Positions 36,894 through 45,422 of a stretch of 64,000 nt of DNA are shown piece after piece; position 1 is the stretch's first letter, and each line of letters begins with the position of its first letter. The translations under genes were made by a program, and so were the position numbers. A model generated the notes under the pieces. That model did no database searches, was not told the DNA's origin, and worked only from the letters and a program-made list of their open reading frames with translations. Source of the stretch: Pirellulales bacterium (lineage in GTDB: Bacteria > Planctomycetota > Planctomycetia > Pirellulales > UBA1268); NCBI GenBank assembly GCA_044342075.1, contig JBIIQM010000003.1, positions 4,736 through 68,735 on the forward strand, written 5' to 3'.

Positions 36894-38141
36894 GTGAAGC
36901 AATCACTCCACTCCGCGACGCTCGACAACGGGATCGTGCTGCTCGGCGAGCAGCTCCCCGGCCTCGAATCGGTCGCGGTCGCCTTTCACACGCCCGCCGG
37001 GGCCGTGCACGACGGGCCGGGCCGCTGCGGCCTCGCGACGCTTTCCGGCGAGATGATGCTCCGCGGCGCGGGCGACCGCAGCAGCAGGGAGATCGTCGAG
37101 GCGCTCGAGGGCTCGGGCGTGCAGTGGTCGCAGGCGGTGTCGACGAGCCATGCGAGCTTCTCCGGCGCGATGGTCGCCAGGCAACTGCCGACGGCGCTCC
37201 CGATCTATGCCGACATTCTGCGGCGGCCGCGGCTCGAGGATGAGCAGCTCGAAAACGCCCGTCAGATGGTGCTGCAGAATCTCGCCGGCACCGAAGACGA
37301 TCCGGCGCATCGGGCGATGTCGGCCCTCCGCCAGCTCCACTATCCGGCGCCCTGGGGCACGCCGAGCGAAGGCATCTCGGCCGACGTGGAGCGGATCGAC
37401 ATCGACGCCGTGCGGTCGTTCGTGGCCGATCACGTGCGGCCGGCCGGCACGATCATCGCCATCGCCGGCCGCATCGACTGGGACGACTTCGTGAAGCGGG
37501 CCGAGCAGCTCTTCGGCGACTGGAACACCGGCGGCGTCACACCGGTGCCCGCGGGGGCCCGCGGCCCGCGATTCCGCCACGTGCCCCACGATTCCCAGCA
37601 GACCCACATCGCGGTGGCCTGGTCGGCCCCGCCCTACCGCAGCGACGATTCCTACGAGGCCACGGCGGCGCTGGCGATCCTCGGTGGCGGCTCGAGCTCG
37701 CGGCTCTTCTCGGAGGTCCGCGAGCGGCGCGGGCTCTGCTACAGCGTGTCGGCCGGCTACCAGACCCTGCGCGACTGTGCCGCCGCCATCTGCTATTCGG
37801 GCACGAGCGCCGCCCGCGCGCAACAAACGCTCGACGTGATGCTCGCCGAGATCCACCGCCTGCCCGGCACGATCGAGGCCGCCGAGCTCGACCGCGTGAA
37901 GGCGCGGGCCAAGAGCGGTCTGGTGATGCAGCAGGAGTCGAGCGCGGCACGGGCCGGCGCCATTGCGCGGCAGTGGTATCACCTCGGCAGCATGCGGACG
38001 CTCGGCGAGGAACTCGCCCGCTACGACCGGCTCGGCGTGGGCTCGATCGAGGCCTGGCTCGCCGCCAATCCGGTCCGCGATCTGTCCGTCGTCTCGCTCG
38101 GCCGGGAGCCGCTGGAGGTGCCGCATGAAGTTTCTGCATGA
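36894..38141 (+). CDS. M16-family (pitrilysin-like) peptidase subunit lacking the HxxEH zinc motif
   Basis: The ORF is 415 aa with the M16 fold pattern. The N-terminal region (LDNGIVLLGEQLPGLESVAVAF...) contains no HxxEH. The start is GTG. Confidence 0.7.
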   Translation: MKQSLHSATLDNGIVLLGEQLPGLESVAVAFHTPAGAVHDGPGRCGLATLSGEMMLRGAGDRSSREIVEALEGSGVQWSQAVSTSHASFSGAMVARQLPTALPIYADILRRPRLEDEQLENARQMVLQNLAGTEDDPAHRAMSALRQLHYPAPWGTPSEGISADVERIDIDAVRSFVADHVRPAGTIIAIAGRIDWDDFVKRAEQLFGDWNTGGVTPVPAGARGPRFRHVPHDSQQTHIAVAWSAPPYRSDDSYEATAALAILGGGSSSRLFSEVRERRGLCYSVSAGYQTLRDCAAAICYSGTSAARAQQTLDVMLAEIHRLPGTIEAAELDRVKARAKSGLVMQQESSAARAGAIARQWYHLGSMRTLGEELARYDRLGVGSIEAWLAANPVRDLSVVSLGREPLEVPHEVSA

Positions 38142-39399
38142 ACGGCTCGACAACGGGCTCGACGTGATCGCCGAGGTCACCGACGGCGCCCTCTCCACGA
38201 GCATCGGCTTCTTCGTGAAGACGGGCGCCCGCGACGAGAACGACGCCCTCTGGGGCGTGAGCCACTTCCTCGAACACATGGTGTTCAAGGGCACGCACGA
38301 CCTCTCCGGCGACGAGATCAACCGCCGCTTCGACTGGATGGGCGCGAGCGCCAACGCCTTCACGAGCGAGGAAGACACCGTCTACCACGCCGCGGTGCTG
38401 CCCGAGCAGCAGCAGGAGGTCGTGTCGCTCCTGGCGCGGATGATGCGGCCGGCTCTGCGCGAGGAAGACTTCACGACGGAGAAACTCGTCATCCTGGAGG
38501 AGATCCGGATGTACGACGACCAGCCCCCCTTCGGCGCCGACGACCGTTGCCGCGCGGCCTTCTTCGGCCGCCACCCGCTCGCGCGGAGCGTGCTCGGGAC
38601 GGTCGAGTCGATCGAGGCGCTTCCGGTGGAGGCGATGCGCGATTACCACCGCCGCCGCTACGCGCCGGGCAACATCGTGCTCGCCGCGACCGGCGCCGTC
38701 GATTTTCCGGCGCTCGTCGAATCGGCCAAGCGGCTCTGCGGCGACTGGGAGCCGCAGCCTGCGGCCGAGCGGCGGCAGCCCCAGGAGCCGCGGCCGCCCC
38801 GGCGCGCCTCCACGATCGAGCACATCACGCGGCCCGCCGCCACGCTCGAATACGCGGTGCGGATGTCGGCCGGCCCCGCCGGAGACGATGACGACCGCTA
38901 TGCGGCGAAGCTGCTGGCGGTGCTCTTGGGCGACGAGTCGGGAAGCCGCCTCTACTGGGCGCTCGTCGATTCCGGCGAGGCGGAGCATGCCTCCTGCCAC
39001 CACCACGATTTCCTCGACGCCGGCTTCTTCGCCACGCAGCTCTCCTGCGATGCCGAAGATGTCGTGCCCCTGCTCGACCGGATCGACGAGGTCTACCGGG
39101 AGGCTGCCACGGGCGGAATCCCGCGAGGCGAGCTCGAGCAGGCCCGCAACAAGCTGGCCGGAAGGGTCGTGCTCGGCGGCGAGCGGCCGCGACGGCGGCT
39201 CTTCGGCGTGGGGCTCGAATGGGCCCACATGGGCGGCTACCGGAGCGTGGCCGACGACCTCCGGATCGTCGAGGGGCTCTCGCTCGACGACGTCCACCGG
39301 GTGCTCGATCGCTGGCCCCCCCACGGCCCGAGCGCCACCGTTTTGGCCGGGCCGCTCGACGCCGGCGCTTCCGCAACGGGCCGTTCCGCGGCACAATAG
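38125..39399 (+). CDS. M16-family zinc peptidase subunit with HxxEH
   Basis: I trim the track ORF to ATG 38125. The sequence begins MKFLHERLDNGLDV and contains GVSHFLEHMVFKGT (HFLEH). It overlaps the upstream M16 gene by 17 nt. Confidence 0.8.
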   Translation: MKFLHERLDNGLDVIAEVTDGALSTSIGFFVKTGARDENDALWGVSHFLEHMVFKGTHDLSGDEINRRFDWMGASANAFTSEEDTVYHAAVLPEQQQEVVSLLARMMRPALREEDFTTEKLVILEEIRMYDDQPPFGADDRCRAAFFGRHPLARSVLGTVESIEALPVEAMRDYHRRRYAPGNIVLAATGAVDFPALVESAKRLCGDWEPQPAAERRQPQEPRPPRRASTIEHITRPAATLEYAVRMSAGPAGDDDDRYAAKLLAVLLGDESGSRLYWALVDSGEAEHASCHHHDFLDAGFFATQLSCDAEDVVPLLDRIDEVYREAATGGIPRGELEQARNKLAGRVVLGGERPRRRLFGVGLEWAHMGGYRSVADDLRIVEGLSLDDVHRVLDRWPPHGPSATVLAGPLDAGASATGRSAAQ

Positions 39400-39406
39400 C
39401 GAGCCT

Positions 39407-40897
39407 ATGGCCCCGCTCTTCGCCAACCGCTGGCTGATCGCCCTGCCGCCGATCTGGCTCGTCGGCATGGGCGCCCTCATTGCCATCGCGGGAATCCTGC
39501 TCGCGTGGGCCCTGCTCGCCGCGGTGCGGCCGCGGGCCGCCGCGGAGGCGAAGCTCAGCCTCGGCGACGGATTCGCCGGACCGCTCGCCTGGCTGCTCCT
39601 CGGCCTGGCGGCGCTTGCGATCGCGTTTACGCCGCTCGTGCCGCTTGGGCAGATCGGTCGCTCCCTGCAGCGGCTCGTGTCAGCCAACGACTTCGACCGA
39701 TCGATCACCGTGCTGCCGCGGGCCACGCTCCAGGAGATCCAGCTCGACCTGCGGCCGCAGGAGATCGAGTCGATCACGCTCGAAAGCGACGCCCCGCTCA
39801 CCGTCCGCACGCAGCAGCCGATCGAGGGCTTCGCGCTCGTGAAGGTGCCCGACGTCGATCTCACCCCTGCGACACCATGGACGTGGACCCGCGCCACCGG
39901 CGCGACGAGCCCCTTCCTCGGGCAGCGGGCGAAGCTCGAGGCCACCAATGCATCGGATCAGCCGGTGCAGCTCCGGGTGCGCAGCCGGCTTGCGGCCGAG
40001 TTTCCGCAGGCCGGCATCCTGCCGTGGACGACGGCGGTGATCCTCGCCATCGCGGCGGCCTACGCGCTCTTCCGGCTCGTGCCCCGGCGGATCGCCGCCG
40101 TCGCCTCGACCACCTGCAAGGAGGCGATCGGGCAGCCCGTCTTCGCCGTGGCGCTGATCGTCGGTGCCGTCCTGCTCCTGGCCTTCATCGTCATCCCTTA
40201 CAACACGTTCGGCGAAGACGTGAAGATGCTCAAGGATAGCGGCCTCACGCTCATCAAGGTGCTCGCACTGCTCGTCGTCGTCTGGACGGCGAGCGTGGCC
40301 GTGGCCGACGAGATCGAGGGCCGCACGGCGCTCACGGTGCTCTCGAAGCCGCTCACGCGGCCGCAATTCATCCTCGGCAAGTTCGCCGGGCTCGCGCTGG
40401 TGGCCCTGCTCGTCTTCCTGATCCTCGGCAGCGTGCTCATGGCGACCACGAGCCTGAAGGTGGTCTACGACGCCCGCGAGGGGGCCAAGGTCGATCCGAT
40501 CTGGCGCGACTGCGCCGACGAGATGATCACGGTCGTGCCGGGCCTCGTGCTCTCGCTCCTGGAGACGATCCTCCTGGCGGCGGTGAGCCTTGCGGTCTCC
40601 ACGCGGCTGGGCATGGTGCCGAACCTGATCATCTGCTTCACCGTCTACGCCCTCGGCCACCTCGTGCCGCTCATCGTGCAGTCGAGCGTGGGCAAGTTTG
40701 CGATCGTGCGATTCGTGGGGCAGCTGTTCGCGACGATCCTGCCGGTGCTCGAGCACTTCACGATCGAGGCGGCCGTCGTCGGCGGCGTGCCGGTGCCGTG
40801 GAGCTATCTCGCCTGGGCCGCGCTCTACGCGGGCCTCTATTCGGCCGTGGCCTTGCTCGTGGCCCTCGTGCTCTTCCAAAACCGCGACTTGGCCTAG
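39407..40897 (+). CDS. ABC-2-type permease-like membrane protein with ~230-aa N-terminal extension
   Basis: I trim the track ORF to ATG 39407. The C-terminal half resembles NosY/GldF-type ABC-2 permeases (VADEIEGRTALTVLSKPLTRPQFILGKFAG). No cognate ATPase gene is adjacent. Confidence 0.55.
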   Translation: MAPLFANRWLIALPPIWLVGMGALIAIAGILLAWALLAAVRPRAAAEAKLSLGDGFAGPLAWLLLGLAALAIAFTPLVPLGQIGRSLQRLVSANDFDRSITVLPRATLQEIQLDLRPQEIESITLESDAPLTVRTQQPIEGFALVKVPDVDLTPATPWTWTRATGATSPFLGQRAKLEATNASDQPVQLRVRSRLAAEFPQAGILPWTTAVILAIAAAYALFRLVPRRIAAVASTTCKEAIGQPVFAVALIVGAVLLLAFIVIPYNTFGEDVKMLKDSGLTLIKVLALLVVVWTASVAVADEIEGRTALTVLSKPLTRPQFILGKFAGLALVALLVFLILGSVLMATTSLKVVYDAREGAKVDPIWRDCADEMITVVPGLVLSLLETILLAAVSLAVSTRLGMVPNLIICFTVYALGHLVPLIVQSSVGKFAIVRFVGQLFATILPVLEHFTIEAAVVGGVPVPWSYLAWAALYAGLYSAVALLVALVLFQNRDLA

Positions 40898-40903
40898 AAC
40901 GCT

Positions 40904-41494
40904 CTACCGCACCAGGCCCGTGCGGCCGGTCAGGCCGATCATGCCGAGGCCGCTGTCGTTAGCCTGCCCGGGGAGCGACTGGCTGCCGATGGCGGGATCC
41001 GCCGGAAGCGTGCGGGCCTCCGCCTTGCCGTCGATCACGAAGAGGAGGCCGCCCGGCAGACGGCGCTCGAGCCGCGGACCAACCTCCAGGCCGATCGCGC
41101 CCCACTGGTCGTTCTGCCCCACCGTCGTGCGGAGTTCGATTGAATGGCGGCCAAGGTCGTGCTCCGCAGCCATGCCCAGGCCGCCGACCCACTGCGCCGG
41201 CCCCTCGCGGATCATGCTGCGGTCGGCCTGCATGCCGGCCGTGATGTCGATCCCCTCGATCCGGCTTTTGATCTGCGCAAGCACCGGCTGCTGTGCCTGC
41301 TCGGGGGCCGTCGGCCCCTTCACCACCAGGCCGAGCCGTTCCGCCTCGTCATTCACTTCGAAGTCGCTCTTGCGGAGCGACGCGGCGAGCGAAGCGACGC
41401 CGTCGAAATCGTGGATCCGGAAATCGAGTTCTTGCGACGCCGCGTTTGACGCGAGCGTGAGGAGGCCCACGAAAAGAATCGCCGCACGTCCCAT
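40904..41494 (-). CDS. Hypothetical secreted protein
   Basis: The ORF is 196 aa. It has a signal peptide (MGRAAILFVGLLTLASNAASQE). I recognise no family. Confidence 0.5.
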   Translation of the reverse strand: MGRAAILFVGLLTLASNAASQELDFRIHDFDGVASLAASLRKSDFEVNDEAERLGLVVKGPTAPEQAQQPVLAQIKSRIEGIDITAGMQADRSMIREGPAQWVGGLGMAAEHDLGRHSIELRTTVGQNDQWGAIGLEVGPRLERRLPGGLLFVIDGKAEARTLPADPAIGSQSLPGQANDSGLGMIGLTGRTGLVR

Positions 41495-41608
41495 CGGTCC
41501 GCCCCTCCCACCGGTCTATCGGCCGTGGAGAGCGGCCGCCGCCAGTCGGCCCGCTCTTGCGGGCCGCCGAGAGATGGCGTTGATGACGATCCGGCAAACC
41601 CTGCGGCC

Positions 41609-42679
41609 TCAGGCCGTCTTGCGCCGTGCCGGGAAGTTATTCGACCGGGGCGCGAGCGGCACGGTCGGGGTGGCGTCGCCGAACCGGGTGCAGACGAGCG
41701 TGTCGATCACGCGATTGGCGATCTCGAGCGCCGCGGCGCCGGCCGACGCCGGCACGAGCGGCGCCCGCCCGGTGCGGATGGCGTTGAGGAAGTCGTCGTG
41801 CTCGCAGGCGATCGCGTTGGCGTCGGGCACGGGCAGCGTCTCGCGCGGGAGCACCTGCGTGAAGAAGGCATCCTTGAGGGCGGCGCGGTCCCCCGGCGGC
41901 ACGTCCGCGGCGACGAACCGACCGGTGCGGACGTCGGCGGAGGGCGTGATCACCTCGACCGTCTTGGCGTTGAAGTCGACCGATGCCATCCCCTCGGCCG
42001 ACCAGATGGAGACGGCCCGCCGCAAGGTGGGGCTGATCCGCGAGGCCGTGAGGTCGGCGACGAGCCCCGACGAGAAGACGAGCCGCGCCCGCACCGCGTC
42101 TTCGTGGCCGCCGGTCGCCGAGAGGCCATGCGCCTCGAGATGCTCGAGCCGGCCGGGCTCGAGCGAGAGTACGAGATCGATGTCGTGGATCATCAGGTCG
42201 TGCACCACGCCCACATCCATCGAGCGAAACGTGAAGGGGGCGAGCCGGGCCGACTCGATCGCCACCGGGCGGCCCACCTTCTCGACCGCGAGTTTCCAGG
42301 CGGGGTTGAATCGCTCCACGTGCCCCACGGCGACGACGCGGCCGTGGCGTCGGGCGGTGGTCACGATCGCCCGCGCGTCTTCGACGGTCGCGGCGATTGG
42401 CTTCTCGATGAGCAGGTCGAGCCCGGCCTCGAGGAGCGGCACCGCCACCCTGGCGTGCAGGCCAGTCGGAGCGGCGACGACGGCCGCCTGCGCGAGCCCG
42501 ACGAGCCCCGCGGGCTCGGCCACGGCCTGGCAGCCATGCGCCTCGGCCACGCGCGACCGCGCCTCCGGCGATGGATCGACGACGGCGACCAGCTCCACGT
42601 CGTCGCGGCCAGCCAAGAGCCGGGCGTGGATCGTCCCCAGATGCCCGCAGCCCACCACCGCAACTTTCAGCCTCGTCAT
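41609..42679 (-). CDS. Gfo/Idh/MocA-family NAD(P)-dependent oxidoreductase
   Basis: I trim the track ORF to ATG 42679. The sequence begins MTRLKVAVVGCGHLGTIHARLL (Rossmann fold). ATGA overlap with the lpxA stop indicates translational coupling. Confidence 0.75.
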   Translation of the reverse strand: MTRLKVAVVGCGHLGTIHARLLAGRDDVELVAVVDPSPEARSRVAEAHGCQAVAEPAGLVGLAQAAVVAAPTGLHARVAVPLLEAGLDLLIEKPIAATVEDARAIVTTARRHGRVVAVGHVERFNPAWKLAVEKVGRPVAIESARLAPFTFRSMDVGVVHDLMIHDIDLVLSLEPGRLEHLEAHGLSATGGHEDAVRARLVFSSGLVADLTASRISPTLRRAVSIWSAEGMASVDFNAKTVEVITPSADVRTGRFVAADVPPGDRAALKDAFFTQVLPRETLPVPDANAIACEHDDFLNAIRTGRAPLVPASAGAAALEIANRVIDTLVCTRFGDATPTVPLAPRSNNFPARRKTA

Positions 42680-43479
42680 GCAGCCCTCCTTCGTTCGCGG
42701 GCGCGTCCGTGCCGCCCTTCCTGTTGATTGGTCAAGAATTCGATCAGTTGCGACACCGGCGGCAGGAGCATGCCCTGCGATTGCAGGATCTCGGCCGCGC
42801 TCTTGAGGCCGACCTTGGCCCGGTAGAGCAGACGGTAGGCCTCGGTGATCGCATCGACCGCCTCCGGCCCGAAGCCGCCGCGCTTCAGCGCCACGACGTT
42901 GATGCACCGCGGCCGCGCCGGCATGCCCTCGCAGAGCATGAACGGGGGCACGTCGTGCAACACCCGCGAGAGCCCCGCGACGAACGACCAGCTGCCGATC
43001 GTGGCCCAATGGTGCACCGCCACAGCGCCGGAGAGCGACGCATGGGAATGCACCCGCACATGGCCGCCCAGAAGCACTCCGTTGGCGAGGATCACATGAT
43101 CGCCGACGCGGCAATCGTGGGCCACGTGGGAGCAGGCCATGAGAAAGTTGGCGTTGCCGATCGTCGTCTCGCCCGACTCCTTCTCGGTGGCCCGATTGAT
43201 CGTCACCCCCTCGCGGATGATGTTGTCGTCGCCGATCACGACCCGCGTCCGCGTGCCCTGATAGCTCAGGTCCTGCGGCTCACCACCGATCACGCAGTTG
43301 GCATGAATCTGATTGCGATCGCCGATCCGCGTGTCGCCGAGGATCGTGACGTGGTTCGAGAGCACCGTCTCGCTCCCGATCTCGGCGTGGCCGGAGACGA
43401 GGCAATACGGGCCGACGACCGCGTCGGAAGCGATCCTCGCGCCGGGCTCGATGATCGCGGTGGGATGGATGTCAGGCAT
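42676..43479 (-). CDS. lpxA: Acyl-ACP--UDP-N-acetylglucosamine O-acyltransferase
   Basis: The ORF is 267 aa. It has a left-handed beta-helix hexapeptide pattern (IHPTAIIEPGARIASDAVVGPYCLV...) and an LpxA-type C-terminal helical domain. Confidence 0.85.
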   Translation of the reverse strand: MPDIHPTAIIEPGARIASDAVVGPYCLVSGHAEIGSETVLSNHVTILGDTRIGDRNQIHANCVIGGEPQDLSYQGTRTRVVIGDDNIIREGVTINRATEKESGETTIGNANFLMACSHVAHDCRVGDHVILANGVLLGGHVRVHSHASLSGAVAVHHWATIGSWSFVAGLSRVLHDVPPFMLCEGMPARPRCINVVALKRGGFGPEAVDAITEAYRLLYRAKVGLKSAAEILQSQGMLLPPVSQLIEFLTNQQEGRHGRARERRRAA

Positions 43480-44357
43480 CAGTCCGGCACTCCCAGCCGC
43501 TGCTCCACCGCGGCGGCGAGCAGCCGCCCCGCCAACTCGGCATTGAGCCGGTGACCGCTTTTGCTCGCGGTGACATGCGCGTGGATCGGCCGGCCGGCGA
43601 GCGAGAGATCACCGACGAGGTCGAGCACCTTGTGGCGGACGCATTCGTCAGGCCAGCGCAGGGGATTGTCCACCGGGCCGTCGGGCCCGAAGACGACGAG
43701 ATCCTTGGTCGAGACCTCGAGCCCGAGGCCCGCGGCCCGCAGCCGCTCGGCGTCGGTGGTCGAGATGAACGTCCGCGCCGCGGCCAGCTCGCTGCGGTAT
43801 GACTCCGGGGTGACCCGCAGCGAGAGCTCCTGGCGGCCGATCGGCCCGGCGCCGTAGTCGAGGCAATAGTCGACCGAAAGCCCGGGGAACCGCGGCGGCG
43901 AGGCCTCGATCCAGGCGTCGCCATCGCCCACACGCACGGTCTCCCGCACCACGATCGGATCGACGGGCGCACCGAGATCCTCGACCCCCGCCCCGTCGAT
44001 CGCCTCGACGAAGGCCCGCGACGAGCCATCGAGGCCGGGCATCTCCTCGGCATCCACCCGCACGAGGCAGCAATCGACCTGCAAACCGGCAAGCGCGCTC
44101 ATGAGGTGCTCCACCATCTCGAGCCGCGCGTTGGCCGCGACGAGATTGGTCCTATTCACCGCATCCACGCGGCTCTCGAGCGCCGCCGGAATCCGCACCG
44201 CCGGCACGAGATCGCCGCGGACGAAGACCACGCCGGTGCCCGCCGGGGCGGGATGCAACTCGACGCGGATCTCACGGCCGCTCCAATAGCCGCGGCCGGC
44301 GACAAGCGCCGGCCGACGGAGGGTCTGTTGCGACCGCGCGGGTGAATGGTGAGGCAT
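43479..44357 (-). CDS. lpxC: UDP-3-O-acyl-N-acetylglucosamine deacetylase
   Basis: The ORF is 292 aa. It contains QQTLRRPALVAGRGYWSG and the LpxC signature ECVRHKVLDLVGDLSLAG. ATGA overlap couples it to lpxA. Confidence 0.85.
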   Translation of the reverse strand: MPHHSPARSQQTLRRPALVAGRGYWSGREIRVELHPAPAGTGVVFVRGDLVPAVRIPAALESRVDAVNRTNLVAANARLEMVEHLMSALAGLQVDCCLVRVDAEEMPGLDGSSRAFVEAIDGAGVEDLGAPVDPIVVRETVRVGDGDAWIEASPPRFPGLSVDYCLDYGAGPIGRQELSLRVTPESYRSELAAARTFISTTDAERLRAAGLGLEVSTKDLVVFGPDGPVDNPLRWPDECVRHKVLDLVGDLSLAGRPIHAHVTASKSGHRLNAELAGRLLAAAVEQRLGVPD

Positions 44358-44396
44358 GACGAAGCCCGCAGGACGGCTGGAACCGGGTGCGGACGA

Positions 44397-45047
44397 CTAG
44401 CGGGTGCGGGGCTGCTGGGCGCCCGCCACGGCCGGGCCGTTGAGCATCTTGAGGACGTCCGGCGTGATGTCGATGCCGGGCTCCAGGTAGACGATCGGCT
44501 TGGTGATGCCACGCAGGATCTGGTTGCGGTCGCTGTTGTCGACCGGCTCACCATCGAACCGGTGCACCACGGCGATCCGGTGCTCGCGGGCGAACTGCTC
44601 CACCGCCTTCTCGATCTCGGTGTAGACCTGCAGATAGACCTTCGCCTCGCGGTCCATGAAATCCTTCTTCTGCAACTGGGCGTTGACGTTGAAATCGCCC
44701 TGCGCCTTGGCGATCTCGGCCTCGAGCTTCTTGTATTCCGGGGTCCCCACATTGAAGCCCTTGATCTGCTCCATGAGGCCATTGATCCGGTCACGCTCTG
44801 ACTTGAGGCCGTTCTCGGCGGCCATGACCTCGTCCTTCATCTTGTCCATCGCCGCCTTGAAGCGAGCATGGTTCTTGAAGACGTAGCCGACGTCGATGAC
44901 GGCGACGGCGGTCGCCGGGCCGGCGGAGTGCGCCTGGGCGGCAGGAGCCTGCGCGGCCGGAATCTGGCCGGGCACCTGGGCAAACGCGGACACTTCGACC
45001 ACGGCCAACAGGCCCACACAGACGACGCTTGCCAGTTGCGACTTCAC
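44397..45047 (-). CDS. skp: OmpH/Skp-family periplasmic chaperone
   Basis: The track ORF starts at GTG 45056. I prefer GTG 45047, which lies 8 nt after AAGGAG and gives MKSQLASVVCVGLLAVVEVSAFA, a signal peptide. The coiled-coil body is typical of Skp. Confidence 0.75.
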   Translation of the reverse strand: MKSQLASVVCVGLLAVVEVSAFAQVPGQIPAAQAPAAQAHSAGPATAVAVIDVGYVFKNHARFKAAMDKMKDEVMAAENGLKSERDRINGLMEQIKGFNVGTPEYKKLEAEIAKAQGDFNVNAQLQKKDFMDREAKVYLQVYTEIEKAVEQFAREHRIAVVHRFDGEPVDNSDRNQILRGITKPIVYLEPGIDITPDVLKMLNGPAVAGAQQPRTR

Positions 45048-45059
45048 GGAAAGCACTCC

Positions 45060-45093
45060 TTGCTTGGAATTGAATCTTGCTTTGAATTGAATC
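45060..45093. repeat. Tandem 17-bp AT-rich direct repeat immediately upstream of skp
   Basis: TTGCTTGGAATTGAATC lies at 45060-45076. TTGCTTTGAATTGAATC lies at 45077-45093. Confidence 0.85.
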
Positions 45094-45230
45094 TCGGGGC
45101 GTGCGGGGCGACCGCAGCGGGCGGGATCATGTCAGGCGCCCCTTGGAGGTTCAAGGGCAAAAACCCCGCGAAGAATGAGTGTTTCGTACGGGTTTGTGCC
45201 TCCCCGCATTCTGAATAAATCGCTGACGGA

Positions 45231-45392
45231 GGCTTCGGGTGCCCCGTACCCCAGGAGCCGGCGTATGCTGACCAGCGCAGCCAGGATGGCGAAGCGCAGT
45301 CAGCATCCGAGCGAGCGAAGGGCAGGATGCCCGTAGCGAGCGTCCGGCGACGGGGTACGGGTCGCCCGAAGCCGGGTTGGGCGAGTTGATGC
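45231..45392 (+). repeat. Family A structured repeat, copy 2 (core 45231-45373 plus tail)
   Basis: The core is 143 nt, as in copy 1. By hand alignment it is roughly 90 percent identical to copy 1. Confidence 0.9.
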
Positions 45393-45400
45393 CGATTGAT

Positions 45401-45422
45401 GACAGGCTGAAGCCTGTCCTAC
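45401..45422. repeat. REP copy (GACAGGCTGAAGCCTGTCCTAC) that contains the M28 peptidase stop codon
   Basis: The minus-strand TAG stop at 45419-45421 is the TAG of the GTAG head. Confidence 0.9.
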
